A stretch of DNA of 64,000 nucleotides from an uncultured virus (IMG/VR IMGVR_UViG_3300028840_007457). Taxonomy: Duplodnaviria > Heunggongvirae > Uroviricota > Caudoviricetes. Where the stretch lies: IMG/VR virus record IMGVR_UViG_3300028840_007457, one strand, 5' to 3'. Made by a program: the position numbers and the translations under genes. Below the pieces are notes generated by a model, which was not told the origin of the DNA, did not search any database, and saw only the letters and a list, made by a program, of their open reading frames with translations. This document shows, piece by piece, positions 18,399-29,201 of the stretch. The stretch's first letter is position 1, and every line of letters starts with the position of its first letter.

Positions 18399-18476
18399 GA
18401 GACAAGTTGGTAGAGCTATCAGTTAAGGTGAAGTGCGCGCTTTGTAGTGTGCTTTAACGTAAAAAGGAGTTCCGAA

Positions 18477-19253
18477 ATGAGTTTTGATCCCGCTCGCCTC
18501 AACGCCAAATTCAATCAGCGCATGGCAAAAGTAGCGCAAAAAACAGGAAAAAGCCGTTTTGACCTGTGTTTGTGGCATCACAAAATGGCCGACAAAAGGA
18601 CGGCTAAAGTTCTAGTAGGTTTTAATCCAGAGCTTGGTATTCCAAAACGTATGGATATTGACCGCTTTTTTACTGCTAGTTTTGATGGTCAGCTTAGAGT
18701 AATGCTTGAGACAATTGAGCTTCATCCCGAAGATAAGCTAATTACTGCGTCTGTTTTTAAGATTCCTCAAGTTGTGCCTGAGGAGTACGTTCGTCAAGGA
18801 ATGGTTAAAGTAGGCGTTTCTCAGTGGCAAGATGAAAACAATGCCATTTGGGAATTACGTGAAAAAGACGGTGCTCGTTTCTTAGCCAGACTTGAAACTG
18901 AGAATCTTGACGAGCTTTTGAAAGACCACGAAAAAACAACTCGCACTGCTAGTTATCATAAACGTCCTCGTTTAGACGATCTCCGTACTGTTGGTTATAG
19001 TGCCGTTGATGTTGGTGATAAAGTTGCTTTTACGCATCAGGGAAGTGTCTTAGAAGGCCAAGTACTGGCTGTTGATGGTGATAAAGTAAAAATTGAAGCA
19101 AATGGTGTTACGATCGATACACTTCGGCCTTCTGTTATGAACGTAGTAGAAGCTGCTGAAGGCGATAAAAAAATGTCAGAGCAAGAATTAATTGACTTTT
19201 TTACTAAAGCCTACGGAGATCGCGGTTTTGCTACAAAATTAGTAAAACTCTAG
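18477..19253 (+). CDS. hypothetical (probably virion/head) protein with C-terminal SH3-like domain
   Basis: SD AAGGAG before ATG 18477; DVGDKVAF...EGQVLAVDGDKVKI. Confidence 0.7.
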   Translation: MSFDPARLNAKFNQRMAKVAQKTGKSRFDLCLWHHKMADKRTAKVLVGFNPELGIPKRMDIDRFFTASFDGQLRVMLETIELHPEDKLITASVFKIPQVVPEEYVRQGMVKVGVSQWQDENNAIWELREKDGARFLARLETENLDELLKDHEKTTRTASYHKRPRLDDLRTVGYSAVDVGDKVAFTHQGSVLEGQVLAVDGDKVKIEANGVTIDTLRPSVMNVVEAAEGDKKMSEQELIDFFTKAYGDRGFATKLVKL

Positions 19254-19289
19254 AATTTATTTTTAAACACTAAACAGAATTGCGTAGCT

Positions 19290-20117
19290 ATGCCTTTACG
19301 ATTAGCGGGCCTAACCTATAAGGTTGCAGGCTGGTACGATCTAGTCAACATAGTTGCCAACCGTTTATTTTCTATAATTTATCGTCTTAGGCTTTCCAAG
19401 GAACAAGTAATCGGTTGGTTAGAGGGGCTCCTTTCTAAAGAGGAGAAAACTGCCCGTGTGCCTACTGAATTTGTTCCTGATGACCTAATTGAACAGTTAG
19501 CAGCTGCTATGGCTAGAGTAGACGTGCCAAGTGGTAAATTTATTCAGGGGCTAATTAAAAAGATTAGTTCTAATCCTCCAGCTGGTTACAGGTGGAAAAA
19601 GACAGATCAAGGGACTTATTTGGTTAAACAAAAAGGCCCTAAATCTAAAGAAAAACCACTTACCCGTGGTAAAAAATTTGACGATAAAGCATTTATTAGT
19701 ATTTGGTGGCACACAGACGAAAGTAGGGGTGCTCACCGAAAATTAGTAAATAGAATTAAACGGTATGGTGGTTCTGTTTATTATCGTAAAAAAATGGGCG
19801 CTGGATTTACAGAGTATTTTGCCTACATAATTGTATCTATTGATGAAGCTAGAGATATTGGTGGAGATTTAAGTTTTTACGAAGAGGAACTCCAACAAGA
19901 TTGTTCTGACGCTCAATTGCGTCTAAGCGCTGTCAACTTGTCACCTCTTTCTGAAAATAAACCTGTAGGCGGTCATGATGTAATTACAGCTCCTGGTATA
20001 TTTAAGAGTCAAAAATTAAACTGGGAATTTAATATTTCTGACTTAATTAATGGTAGAATAAAGGATGGTACCATAAATAGCAAAATCAAAAAAATATTGA
20101 AAGACTATCGACCTTAG
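19290..20117 (+). CDS. hypothetical protein
   Basis: 275-aa ORF in operon. Confidence 0.7.
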   Translation: MPLRLAGLTYKVAGWYDLVNIVANRLFSIIYRLRLSKEQVIGWLEGLLSKEEKTARVPTEFVPDDLIEQLAAAMARVDVPSGKFIQGLIKKISSNPPAGYRWKKTDQGTYLVKQKGPKSKEKPLTRGKKFDDKAFISIWWHTDESRGAHRKLVNRIKRYGGSVYYRKKMGAGFTEYFAYIIVSIDEARDIGGDLSFYEEELQQDCSDAQLRLSAVNLSPLSENKPVGGHDVITAPGIFKSQKLNWEFNISDLINGRIKDGTINSKIKKILKDYRP

Positions 20118-20125
20118 GTGAAAAC

Positions 20126-20881
20126 GTGGGCTTAAGAATAGATAATCTTACTCAACAGGCTATATCACTTTCCAGTCCCTTAAATGGGGTTTTGGGAAGT
20201 CGTTCTTCGCGCACTTTCCCTCATATAGAGTATGATAAAACAATAAATGATAAACGATATGACATTCTTTTAAGAAATGGTCAAATTAAAATTGTTGATT
20301 TAGATGCTACTTCTGTTCATTATGATTCTGCATGGTTCGGTCCTGATAAATTCCGTTTAGGTACCTATCATCTTTGGGTAGATGCTACTAATAATTTAAG
20401 AATGAAAACGGGGGGAGATGCTACTCATGATACAGATGGAGTAATAATTGGTCCAGGTGGAGCACCTATTCCACACGGTGTTACTCATGTATTTACGGGT
20501 GTAGATCCTATTCCTGACATTGAAGTTTTAGAAACAGAATGGAATTGTCCTGCTACTGTAGCCGTAAGAGACGTTGTATATCAAACTGGTGCTAGCAGTG
20601 TAGACAAAGCAAAAGCAGATTCTACAAGTACAATGCCAGCTGTAGGTGTTGTTATTTCCAAGCCTACGGCTACTACATGTATTATTAATCGTTCGGGAGA
20701 GATAGGCGGTTTTGCTGGAGCTTTAACTGCTGATTTGTACTATTATGTAGATCCTTCCACAGCTGGTGCCATAACCAATACTCCTCCCAATACTAGCGGG
20801 AATGTAGTTCAGCAAGTTGGTTATGCTAAGACTACATCTATTTTAGTTGTACAATTGGGATTACCTTTAAAGAAGGCTTAA
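20126..20881 (+). CDS. virion structural protein (fibre/decoration-like)
   Basis: LWVDATNNLRMK...DTDGVIIG motif and a beta-rich Gly/Thr C-domain typical of phage structural proteins. Confidence 0.6.
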   Translation: MGLRIDNLTQQAISLSSPLNGVLGSRSSRTFPHIEYDKTINDKRYDILLRNGQIKIVDLDATSVHYDSAWFGPDKFRLGTYHLWVDATNNLRMKTGGDATHDTDGVIIGPGGAPIPHGVTHVFTGVDPIPDIEVLETEWNCPATVAVRDVVYQTGASSVDKAKADSTSTMPAVGVVISKPTATTCIINRSGEIGGFAGALTADLYYYVDPSTAGAITNTPPNTSGNVVQQVGYAKTTSILVVQLGLPLKKA

Positions 20882-20884
20882 ATC

Positions 20885-23650
20885 GTGGGAAGCTATAGAA
20901 CAGTATATTTTGATGTCATTCAACGCATTCATGGGGAAATTGCAGATACAGATACTCTTCTTGCTGGCAATATTGCTCCCCAGTCTGGTCGATTAACAAT
21001 TGGAGGTTCTCCTACTCAAAAAGATGTGTATGTAGAAAATGGACATGATTTTCAAGTATGGGGGGTTGGTGCAGAACTAAGAACTGATGGAGGAGCTGAT
21101 TTAAAAGTAGGGGGTGGTGGTTCTTTTACAGTTCCTGCTTTTGGTGCTCATCGTTTTTATGGTGGAACTCTTAGTGTTGAAATTCCTTTCAGCATTGATG
21201 CTACCACCACACTGATAAACGGCCAAACAATTACCACTTCTAATAATGGGGATATTACACTAGATCCACATGGAACTGGTATTGTAAATATTGATAATAA
21301 CTTTTATGCCACAGGGTATGATTTAGGAGATCCTGCCAATAGAGCTGGGACACTTTACGCTGACGCCTTAGATGCTGGTAGTATTTCCGGTCCAAATATT
21401 TATTTACCTTCTACTACCTCGGTTCCTGAAGGAATTATTTTTGTAGACTCAAAAAGATTTTTACACTCTTACTGGGTAAATAACCTATTTTTAGGATCTG
21501 ATTCTGGAAATCTAACTCTCACCGGTTCAGGCAATACAGCAATAGGAAAAGAAACTCTTAAAGCTACAACCACCGCAGCTAATAATACTGTTGTCGGGTA
21601 TAGAGCTGGCTATCAAATTACAGTTGGAGACGCTAACACCGCACTTGGCCATGAAGCCCTTTATTCCAATGATAATGGTCATGACAATGTTGCAATAGGA
21701 TACAGATCATTTTATTCTTCAGTAGCTTCTAGAGATTGTATTGCCATTGGTAATAGTGCTCTCGAATTACATACTGGTGGTGATCAAAATATAGCAATCG
21801 GAACAGACTCTCTTCAAAATAATCTAACTGGAAGTAAGAATACAGTAGTAGGTTATCAAGCTGGTATTAATGCTACTGGATCTGAAAATGTCTTTATCGG
21901 TTGGAGAGCTGGTCAAAATGAAGTAGGAAGTAACAAACTTTATATTTCAAATAATACTGTCAATCCTCCATTAATTTATGGAGATTTTACTTCTAGTGAA
22001 TTGACGATCAATGCAGATCTTCTACAAACATCTGCTGAACCTTTTGTAATTAACTACGATGCAAATGGTGCAACTGGAGAAGTAGCTGGACATGTTGTTG
22101 CTGCGGGAGATGGGACTGGTAACGTAGAAGCATTCAGAACTCGCTTAATTGGCCCAACGTCAACTCTTTGGCTTGAACATAAAACCAACCCTACTGACGT
22201 AGCTGATCTAAACGAAATTGGGTACACTCAATTTTTTGGTCTTAATCCAGCGGGACTTTATGTAGATATTAAAACAGATGTCTTAGTTACCGGGTTGGAT
22301 ATAGGAACCTCTTTAAATAGGGGGGCCAATATTTATTTCAATCGTTTTGATTTACCAATTACTATTTCTTCTACTGTTGGTGTTCTTTCTTTTGATACTA
22401 CTCCAGCGTTACACATTTACGGCACCAACAATACTTTCTTAGGATTAAATTCAGGTAATTTTACTCTTACTGGTGGAGCAAATGTAGGCGTAGGAGAAAA
22501 TTCTTTAGTAGCCCTTACTAATGGGTATTCAAATGTAGCTGTTGGCTACAATGCTATGAGTGGAAGTAATTCTACTGCTGAAACAGTTGCCATAGGTGAA
22601 GAAACATGTTCAGTTACAACTGGAACTACTCGAAATACTGCTGTTGGTTGGCATGCTCTTAGAGATGGAGCCAGCAGTAGTAGCACGGCTGTAGGTCACA
22701 AAGCACTTGAAGCAGCTTCTGGAGGATCTAATAATACTGCACTAGGACGCAGCGCAAGTGTTAATTTAATTTCCGGATCAAATAATGTTTCTGTAGGGGT
22801 TCGTGCTCATTACGGTGCTACAGCTGGAGATAATAATGTAGCTGTCGGGTCAAGTGCTTTGGGAGATCTTGGAGTAGGTCTCACAGGAAGCCAAAATGTT
22901 TGCATCGGTAATAGTACTGGGCTCAGTTTAACTGGTGCTGCGAGTGGAAATGTTATGCTCGGCCACAATGCTGGGCAAAATGAACTTGGAAGTAATAAAT
23001 TATACATCGCCAATAGTAGTACGGCTACTCCACTAATTGGTGGGGATTTTTCAATTCCTCGTTTAGACATAAATGGTGATATATACGCCACTTCTACTTT
23101 AGTAGACCTTCAAACCAATGTTACGACGCTAGATGTTCCAAGTGGTACAGGGTTTAGTATTGGGGGAGTTGCATTAACCACTCCTAACTTTACTTCTAGC
23201 AATGTGGATACACTTTTAGATGGCTCAAATGCTGACGGTTTACATTATCATGAAGAGTTAAAAATAAACGGGCTTGATACTTCTGCTATGGTTCAGTATC
23301 AAGCTGGATATGTAAGTGCGGATAATACTATTTCCCCTACAGATTGTTCTGCTGCCACAGGTTCTTTTAAATCAGCTACCTTTGTTGGTGTGTACAATGC
23401 TGTCATAGGAGAAGTAGTAAATTCAGGAAAAGTAGAAGTACAATTTGATGCTGCTTTGGTACCTGCTCCTGTTGCTGGAGATCCAGCTATTTTGAGTTGG
23501 GTTAATCCTGGGCAATTTAGAAACGACGTTCCTATTAAAAATTCAAATAATTTTCAAACTAAAGCAGGAATAATTTTAGATGCTAGTAATTATGGTGGCA
23601 ATCAACGCTGTGTAATTATAATTGATCCGGATGTACCGGTTAGGGTTTAA
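20885..23650 (+). CDS. tail-fibre/adhesin-like protein with beta-roll repeats
   Basis: Two blocks of ~14-aa NTAIG/NVAVG repeats (YadA-head-like), each ending GQNExGSNKLYI. Confidence 0.7.
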   Translation: MGSYRTVYFDVIQRIHGEIADTDTLLAGNIAPQSGRLTIGGSPTQKDVYVENGHDFQVWGVGAELRTDGGADLKVGGGGSFTVPAFGAHRFYGGTLSVEIPFSIDATTTLINGQTITTSNNGDITLDPHGTGIVNIDNNFYATGYDLGDPANRAGTLYADALDAGSISGPNIYLPSTTSVPEGIIFVDSKRFLHSYWVNNLFLGSDSGNLTLTGSGNTAIGKETLKATTTAANNTVVGYRAGYQITVGDANTALGHEALYSNDNGHDNVAIGYRSFYSSVASRDCIAIGNSALELHTGGDQNIAIGTDSLQNNLTGSKNTVVGYQAGINATGSENVFIGWRAGQNEVGSNKLYISNNTVNPPLIYGDFTSSELTINADLLQTSAEPFVINYDANGATGEVAGHVVAAGDGTGNVEAFRTRLIGPTSTLWLEHKTNPTDVADLNEIGYTQFFGLNPAGLYVDIKTDVLVTGLDIGTSLNRGANIYFNRFDLPITISSTVGVLSFDTTPALHIYGTNNTFLGLNSGNFTLTGGANVGVGENSLVALTNGYSNVAVGYNAMSGSNSTAETVAIGEETCSVTTGTTRNTAVGWHALRDGASSSSTAVGHKALEAASGGSNNTALGRSASVNLISGSNNVSVGVRAHYGATAGDNNVAVGSSALGDLGVGLTGSQNVCIGNSTGLSLTGAASGNVMLGHNAGQNELGSNKLYIANSSTATPLIGGDFSIPRLDINGDIYATSTLVDLQTNVTTLDVPSGTGFSIGGVALTTPNFTSSNVDTLLDGSNADGLHYHEELKINGLDTSAMVQYQAGYVSADNTISPTDCSAATGSFKSATFVGVYNAVIGEVVNSGKVEVQFDAALVPAPVAGDPAILSWVNPGQFRNDVPIKNSNNFQTKAGIILDASNYGGNQRCVIIIDPDVPVRV

Positions 23651-23656
23651 AATATA

Positions 23657-24928
23657 ATGTCAGCAAAACATCCCATAGTAAGAGACAATGGTGGATACGG
23701 TAGAGAAGAAGGTCATGAAATTGACATCGAATCTCTAAATGTTGGTACTGCTGGTGACGGAGGTGAAGTTGCACTTGGACGAGGTTTGCCATATACAGAA
23801 GGAATGGTGGTTTTAACAACAGATGCTACTGCTACACCAACAACAGATGGAGGAAATTTTATAGATGTAAGTGCTGAAGCTGCTAGCGAAAGTGGTTCTA
23901 CATTTTCTTTTCAAGGAACAGCTGCTAATCATACTATTTTAGTTGGGAGTGAAGTTGATGATATCGAAAGCGCTGATAAAGCCAAACATTATGGAATAGG
24001 CGCATATATTGTAACAGCAGCTGTAGAAATTGTAAAACGCTCTTTTGTAGTAGAAATCTGGAATGGTTCTCAGTGGGTATCAGTTGGGGTAATGGCTTGT
24101 GGATCACCAAATTTATACAAGTATGCAAATGAAATATTTATCCGATCTGCTAATAAAGAGTGTGTGAATTTTGGAATTGCTAGCGATACTGTTTGGGTTA
24201 AAAAATCAATAAATGGGAAAAATCTATATTGGGCACGATTTAGAATTACCAACAATTTAACAACTGCCCCAGTATTCGAGTGGTGGAAATTAGTTCCAAG
24301 TGGACATGTTGCTATTTCTTCTAATGGAGCATTTGTACTTAGAGGATTATCTAGGTTTAGAAAAGTTCTTGCAACTAGTGGAAATGTTTTTGGGGAAAGT
24401 GGTGGCGTAACAAATGCTGTACTAACAGTAGGAGCTGGAGGTACTCCTACACAGTGGTCACATATTCTTAAAAATTGCCTTTTAAATTCTAATGGTGACA
24501 TAATTAATTATCAGTTTTCACTACCACGTGGAATCGATACATCTCTTCCTCTTAATTTTTATATAATATATATTCCCACTTCAACAGGAACATCTCCTGC
24601 TACTTGTACTTTATCATGCTTACCTACTGAAGTTGTAGGTGTACTGGAAGCAGACCCTACAGGAGGAATAGTTCCAGTTCCAAGAACACTTGCTAATACG
24701 GAAAGTAGAACAGCAAAGGCTGCTCAAACAGTGACTCACACAAATGTAGACGTTTCACAAACAAATAAATTTATTGCATTAGAATTTTCTGGAATTGATA
24801 TTTCTAATTATTATGAAGGCGATATAATAGTATTTATGTTTGAAGCTGCTACGTTAAATGGAGCAGATATTGCAGTACTAGAAGTAGAAGTAAGCGGATC
24901 TAATTTTTCACTTGGTGAAAGAGTCTAA
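23657..24928 (+). CDS. virion structural protein
   Basis: Beta-rich, G/T/S/N-rich 423-aa ORF in the structural operon. Confidence 0.6.
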   Translation: MSAKHPIVRDNGGYGREEGHEIDIESLNVGTAGDGGEVALGRGLPYTEGMVVLTTDATATPTTDGGNFIDVSAEAASESGSTFSFQGTAANHTILVGSEVDDIESADKAKHYGIGAYIVTAAVEIVKRSFVVEIWNGSQWVSVGVMACGSPNLYKYANEIFIRSANKECVNFGIASDTVWVKKSINGKNLYWARFRITNNLTTAPVFEWWKLVPSGHVAISSNGAFVLRGLSRFRKVLATSGNVFGESGGVTNAVLTVGAGGTPTQWSHILKNCLLNSNGDIINYQFSLPRGIDTSLPLNFYIIYIPTSTGTSPATCTLSCLPTEVVGVLEADPTGGIVPVPRTLANTESRTAKAAQTVTHTNVDVSQTNKFIALEFSGIDISNYYEGDIIVFMFEAATLNGADIAVLEVEVSGSNFSLGERV

Positions 24929-24931
24929 ACA

Positions 24932-26809
24932 ATGGCCAATGTTGTAGAATTAGTTTTTACGCAGTCTTTTAGTACTACTAATACCATAGTACTAAATCAT
25001 GGACAAAATACAGATTCTCTTGGACTTCAAGTTGTTATTGGGAGCAAAGTCAGAGCTGATTTAATTAGCTCTGTAACTCCCGATACTACTGATCCAACCA
25101 ATTCTTTTACCATTACTCTTACTGGTACATATTCTGGACTTGTTCAAGTTTTTAATTTACATCTTAACGCTACAAATGTTCCCAATTCTGCAACAAAAGC
25201 AGCTTTAGAAAATTCGGGAATTGGTGGTACAGATACAATTCCTACAATGTCATCTCTAGCAGACGGATTAGCTCCTTTTGCAGCATCTACTGGTACAGGA
25301 ATTGTAAGTGGGGCCAATTTATCTTTAACAGGTGGAATCGGTTTTTCCATTTCTGCTGGTTCTGCTTTAGTCAAAGATGGAGGGGTTCTTTATTTTCCTG
25401 AATGGACTAATCCTGTTTCAGGGAACACCTTATTTGCTGGAGATAACTATATCTCTATTGATAAAGATGGGGCAGTTAGTGTAACATCTTCTTTCCCTAA
25501 TACTAATTTAGCTAAAGTTGGTTACATAAGAACTGACCCAACAAATTCTATTGTACTAGGATTTTCTAATACACAAAATGTTATTGAATCTTTTCAGACG
25601 ATGGTGCATAATTTTGCTCGTTTGGGAATTGGTACGCTGGCAGAAAGTGGATGCATTGTAGCTGAAAAAGCAGATCCAGATTTTTTAGAACTTAATATTA
25701 CATCTGGTAAATTTTTCATTCAATTAAATGAATTTGATGTAGGAGATACTAGTACATTTACCAAATTCTATAAAACAACAGATAATGACTGGGTAGTAGA
25801 TACTAATAATCTTAATCATGTTAATACAACACAATGGAATGATAGAACACAACCAGAAGCTAGTGCCTTAGTAACTATGACCGATAGTTACTGGAAAAAA
25901 GATGTACTGGTTCGTACTTCTACCGGTTCAGTTTACTATTCCTTTGGTCAAGCTGAATACGCTACCGAAACTGAAGCTCTTAAAGGTGCGCTTCCAACAC
26001 TACCAAATGCATTAACAAAAGGTGGTGTTGTTTATCTTGCTTATATTGTATGTCAAAAAAATGACACTTCTATTTCTAACCGTTTATATGACATAAGACC
26101 TATTTTAAGTCGAATTTTTGGTTACGGAATGGCTGGTTCGGTTGGATCTACGCTTGTTCATGCTAATTTATTGGGGCTTGGGTCAGATGATCATGCACAA
26201 TACCATACTGACGGAAGGGCAGATACTTGGTTAGGAACTAAAACCACTTCCCATTTAACTGAAGGGGTAAATCTTTATTACACTGAAGGTAGAGTTTCTG
26301 CAAATGCTGATGTTGCTGCCAATACAACGCATCGTGGTACTGTAGTTGGTAATCCCCATGATGTTACAAAATCTGATGTTGGACTTGGAAATGTAACTGA
26401 TGATGCTCAGTTAAAAAGAGGAGCAGCTGATTTTACTACATTTGTTGAAAAAGCTGACCCTATAGATACAGATATTTTATTGGTAGAAGATAGTGCTGAC
26501 GCAAATAACAAAAAGAAAATACAAATAGGTAACTTACGTGTTGGTGGTCCCGCACTTGGAATGAAGGCCGATCATGTAGTAGCTGCTAGTTTTGCCGGAA
26601 ATCCAAAAAAAGCTTCTGTTGTTTTTGCAACTGCTTACACCAATGCTGATTATTCTATTTCTTTGACCTGTGTTACATCTTTCCATGTTCAATTTTCACC
26701 TGCTGTAGAAAACAAAACAGCTGCTGGCTTTACAATAAATATGGGAGCAAATAATATCAATGGATTGGTGGAAGTTTTATGGATTGCTGCTCCTTATGGT
26801 GAGGCGTAA
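24932..26809 (+). CDS. tail-fibre-like structural protein
   Basis: DDHAQYH, TEGVNLYYTEGRV and NPHDVTKSDVGLGNV fibre motifs; C-terminal H-lectin-like beta domain. Confidence 0.7.
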   Translation: MANVVELVFTQSFSTTNTIVLNHGQNTDSLGLQVVIGSKVRADLISSVTPDTTDPTNSFTITLTGTYSGLVQVFNLHLNATNVPNSATKAALENSGIGGTDTIPTMSSLADGLAPFAASTGTGIVSGANLSLTGGIGFSISAGSALVKDGGVLYFPEWTNPVSGNTLFAGDNYISIDKDGAVSVTSSFPNTNLAKVGYIRTDPTNSIVLGFSNTQNVIESFQTMVHNFARLGIGTLAESGCIVAEKADPDFLELNITSGKFFIQLNEFDVGDTSTFTKFYKTTDNDWVVDTNNLNHVNTTQWNDRTQPEASALVTMTDSYWKKDVLVRTSTGSVYYSFGQAEYATETEALKGALPTLPNALTKGGVVYLAYIVCQKNDTSISNRLYDIRPILSRIFGYGMAGSVGSTLVHANLLGLGSDDHAQYHTDGRADTWLGTKTTSHLTEGVNLYYTEGRVSANADVAANTTHRGTVVGNPHDVTKSDVGLGNVTDDAQLKRGAADFTTFVEKADPIDTDILLVEDSADANNKKKIQIGNLRVGGPALGMKADHVVAASFAGNPKKASVVFATAYTNADYSISLTCVTSFHVQFSPAVENKTAAGFTINMGANNINGLVEVLWIAAPYGEA

Positions 26810-26811
26810 TT

Positions 26812-27594
26812 ATGCCTATTAAAAGTGATGGTTTAAATTTCGACCTTTTGACAACAGATCCTTCTACACCTGAAGATGGACAGCTGTGGTTTAATACTAC
26901 TGATGGTCAATACAAAATTCATTATCAAGATACTACCTATATTTTAATAGATTCTGGAAATCAAAATTTAATAGACCATACCCTAATTCAAAATAGAGGA
27001 TCCCATACCCACTTAGAATTAGATGGACACGTAGATTCTCAAAGTAATCCTCATGTAGTTACAGCTGAACAAGTAGGTAATGATGTTGCTCAATGGAATG
27101 CAAATAGACTACAAGGAAACAACGTTGCAGTAACTACACCCACAGATAAAGACCTGCTTACTTGGAACGAGTCTCAAGCAACTTGGGAGCCTTACCCTTT
27201 TTTTGTGGTATTTGGATCTGAATATCAAACAGATGAGGAACTTGGTGGACTAGGAACTACAAGCACCACCCCTGTCAATGTACTGACGTTAACAACTCTT
27301 GCAACTTTACCTACTGGTGTTTATAGAATTGGGTGGAACTACGAATGGTCACAAGACGCTAGTAATCAATCTTTTAAAGCTAGAGTAAGATTAGATGATA
27401 CAGATCCAAATTTAATGGATCACAGTGAGTACCCTACAAATTCTGGAACAAGTAATTATTCCCCCACAGGAGGATTTGCTGTCAGAACTTTAAGTGCAGG
27501 AGAGCATAATATCACGTTAGATTTTTGGTCTTCTTCTGCGCTTCAGGCATCTTATATTTGGAACGTCAGGTTGGAACTCTGGAGAATTAGCTAA
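26812..27594 (+). CDS. fibre-like structural protein
   Basis: DPSTPEDGQLWFNTTD and NPHVVTAEQVG; C-domain shared with 27594..28211. Confidence 0.65.
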   Translation: MPIKSDGLNFDLLTTDPSTPEDGQLWFNTTDGQYKIHYQDTTYILIDSGNQNLIDHTLIQNRGSHTHLELDGHVDSQSNPHVVTAEQVGNDVAQWNANRLQGNNVAVTTPTDKDLLTWNESQATWEPYPFFVVFGSEYQTDEELGGLGTTSTTPVNVLTLTTLATLPTGVYRIGWNYEWSQDASNQSFKARVRLDDTDPNLMDHSEYPTNSGTSNYSPTGGFAVRTLSAGEHNITLDFWSSSALQASYIWNVRLELWRIS

Positions 27595-28211
27595 TGGCTG
27601 AAACTAAATATACTTACCCAATTAGCACAGATTTTCCAAATGGGAAAGTAGATATTGAACGACTTACTAAAGAAATAAACACTAGTGTTATTGTTACTCC
27701 ATTAAATCATATTACTACAAACAAAACTGCCGATACGTGTGATATTTGGTTTACTGACAATCTAAGTTCCGAAGACCAAATAAATTTAGATAGCATTGTT
27801 GCTAATCATAGCGGAGAACCTCTCCCTCCTCCAGTACAATTCGGAGATGCGTATACTATAGCAGAAGATCAAACTACTACTATTACTACGTCTACTGAAT
27901 TCCAACAAAAGCTGAGACTAAATGTTTCAAGTGTTAAAGAAGGTTCGTATCGAGTTGGTTTCAGTTATGAATGTATGGGATCTAATCAAGGACAATTTAA
28001 AGCTAGAGTTCAAGTGAATGATTTAACTACTATTTATGAAGTCGATGAAGAACTTCGTCCTAGTGCTGGATGGAGACCTTGTAGCGGATTTGGAAAAGTA
28101 ACATTAACCGCTGGAGATCATTTTATTGACTTAGATTACTGTACTACGCAAACAAATGGGGCTTCTAAGATTAGGCGTGTTAGGCTTGAAATTATGGGAA
28201 TCGGAGAGTAA
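27594..28211 (+). CDS. structural protein (two-domain, paralogous to both neighbours)
   Basis: N-domain matches 28214..29200; C-domain matches 26812..27594. Confidence 0.65.
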   Translation: MAETKYTYPISTDFPNGKVDIERLTKEINTSVIVTPLNHITTNKTADTCDIWFTDNLSSEDQINLDSIVANHSGEPLPPPVQFGDAYTIAEDQTTTITTSTEFQQKLRLNVSSVKEGSYRVGFSYECMGSNQGQFKARVQVNDLTTIYEVDEELRPSAGWRPCSGFGKVTLTAGDHFIDLDYCTTQTNGASKIRRVRLEIMGIGE

Positions 28212-28213
28212 TC

Positions 28214-29200
28214 ATGGCAGCAACAGAATATAATTATACAATTAGTACGGATTTTCCTAATGGAAAAGTGGCTCCTGACTGCTTAACAGAAGAAATAAGA
28301 GCCAGCACTATTGTAACAGCACTAGATCGAATTGATGTTGCAGAGGCAACAGACACATGTTCTATTTGGTTTAAAGATGCACTTTCAACTGAAGATGAAA
28401 CCACTTTAAATACTATAGTTGGCAGTCATAGTGGAGAACCTCTTGCCCCACCTGCTACCGATGTTAAAATAGATGGGGCTCGTATTGATCGTGATGGAAA
28501 ACAAGTAATCGTACCTACCCCAGCTCCTGGTGGCAGTTTTACTTGGTATACGTCAAAAGGGGATCAATTAGACCCTCTTAAACGAGGAGAAGGTACTCCT
28601 GTTAGGATTACTTTTGCAGCTACAGAAACTGGAACTAAATTTATAGAATTGGAATTTGCAGAATCAGTCTATGTTCATGATGGAGAAATAAATTGGAAAA
28701 ATACGGATGATTTTAACGGAGAAGATTTTTTTTCTGTTTACATTAAATTTGGAAGTTCTGATGTTACACCAAATGGAAGTGGTACCGGTAATTGCACTAT
28801 TATAGATGGTTACATAATTTACCCCATGGATGGAAATGGTGATTACGATGTTGATTTAACAGCTGCATGTCCAATTCCAAGTAGTCAAGGCCCTTGGGTA
28901 GTTAATGAAAGAACTGAAGAAATAACCGTTTATCAAGAGGAGCAAGAACGGGGAAAATATGATCGAAGAATAGTTCTCCTTTATGGAGTTGTTCCTCCTC
29001 CAATGTACTTAGTTAGAAATGTTACGATGGGATCTCCGCGAGGAATATTTGAAATTGATGCCTACTTGGTAGAATGGGTAAGTCATCATTGGAAAATGGG
29101 TATGGAATTAGTTAAAGTTAAAGAGCCAGTCAACGAAGTAGAGATTAATGGTGTAATAATGCTTTTCCGTTGGGATGCAACTACAAATGGAGCCGTTTAA
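28214..29200 (+). CDS. structural protein
   Basis: N-terminal ISTDFPNGKV...HSGEPL domain shared with the upstream gene. Confidence 0.65.
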   Translation: MAATEYNYTISTDFPNGKVAPDCLTEEIRASTIVTALDRIDVAEATDTCSIWFKDALSTEDETTLNTIVGSHSGEPLAPPATDVKIDGARIDRDGKQVIVPTPAPGGSFTWYTSKGDQLDPLKRGEGTPVRITFAATETGTKFIELEFAESVYVHDGEINWKNTDDFNGEDFFSVYIKFGSSDVTPNGSGTGNCTIIDGYIIYPMDGNGDYDVDLTAACPIPSSQGPWVVNERTEEITVYQEEQERGKYDRRIVLLYGVVPPPMYLVRNVTMGSPRGIFEIDAYLVEWVSHHWKMGMELVKVKEPVNEVEINGVIMLFRWDATTNGAV

Positions 29201-29201
29201 G

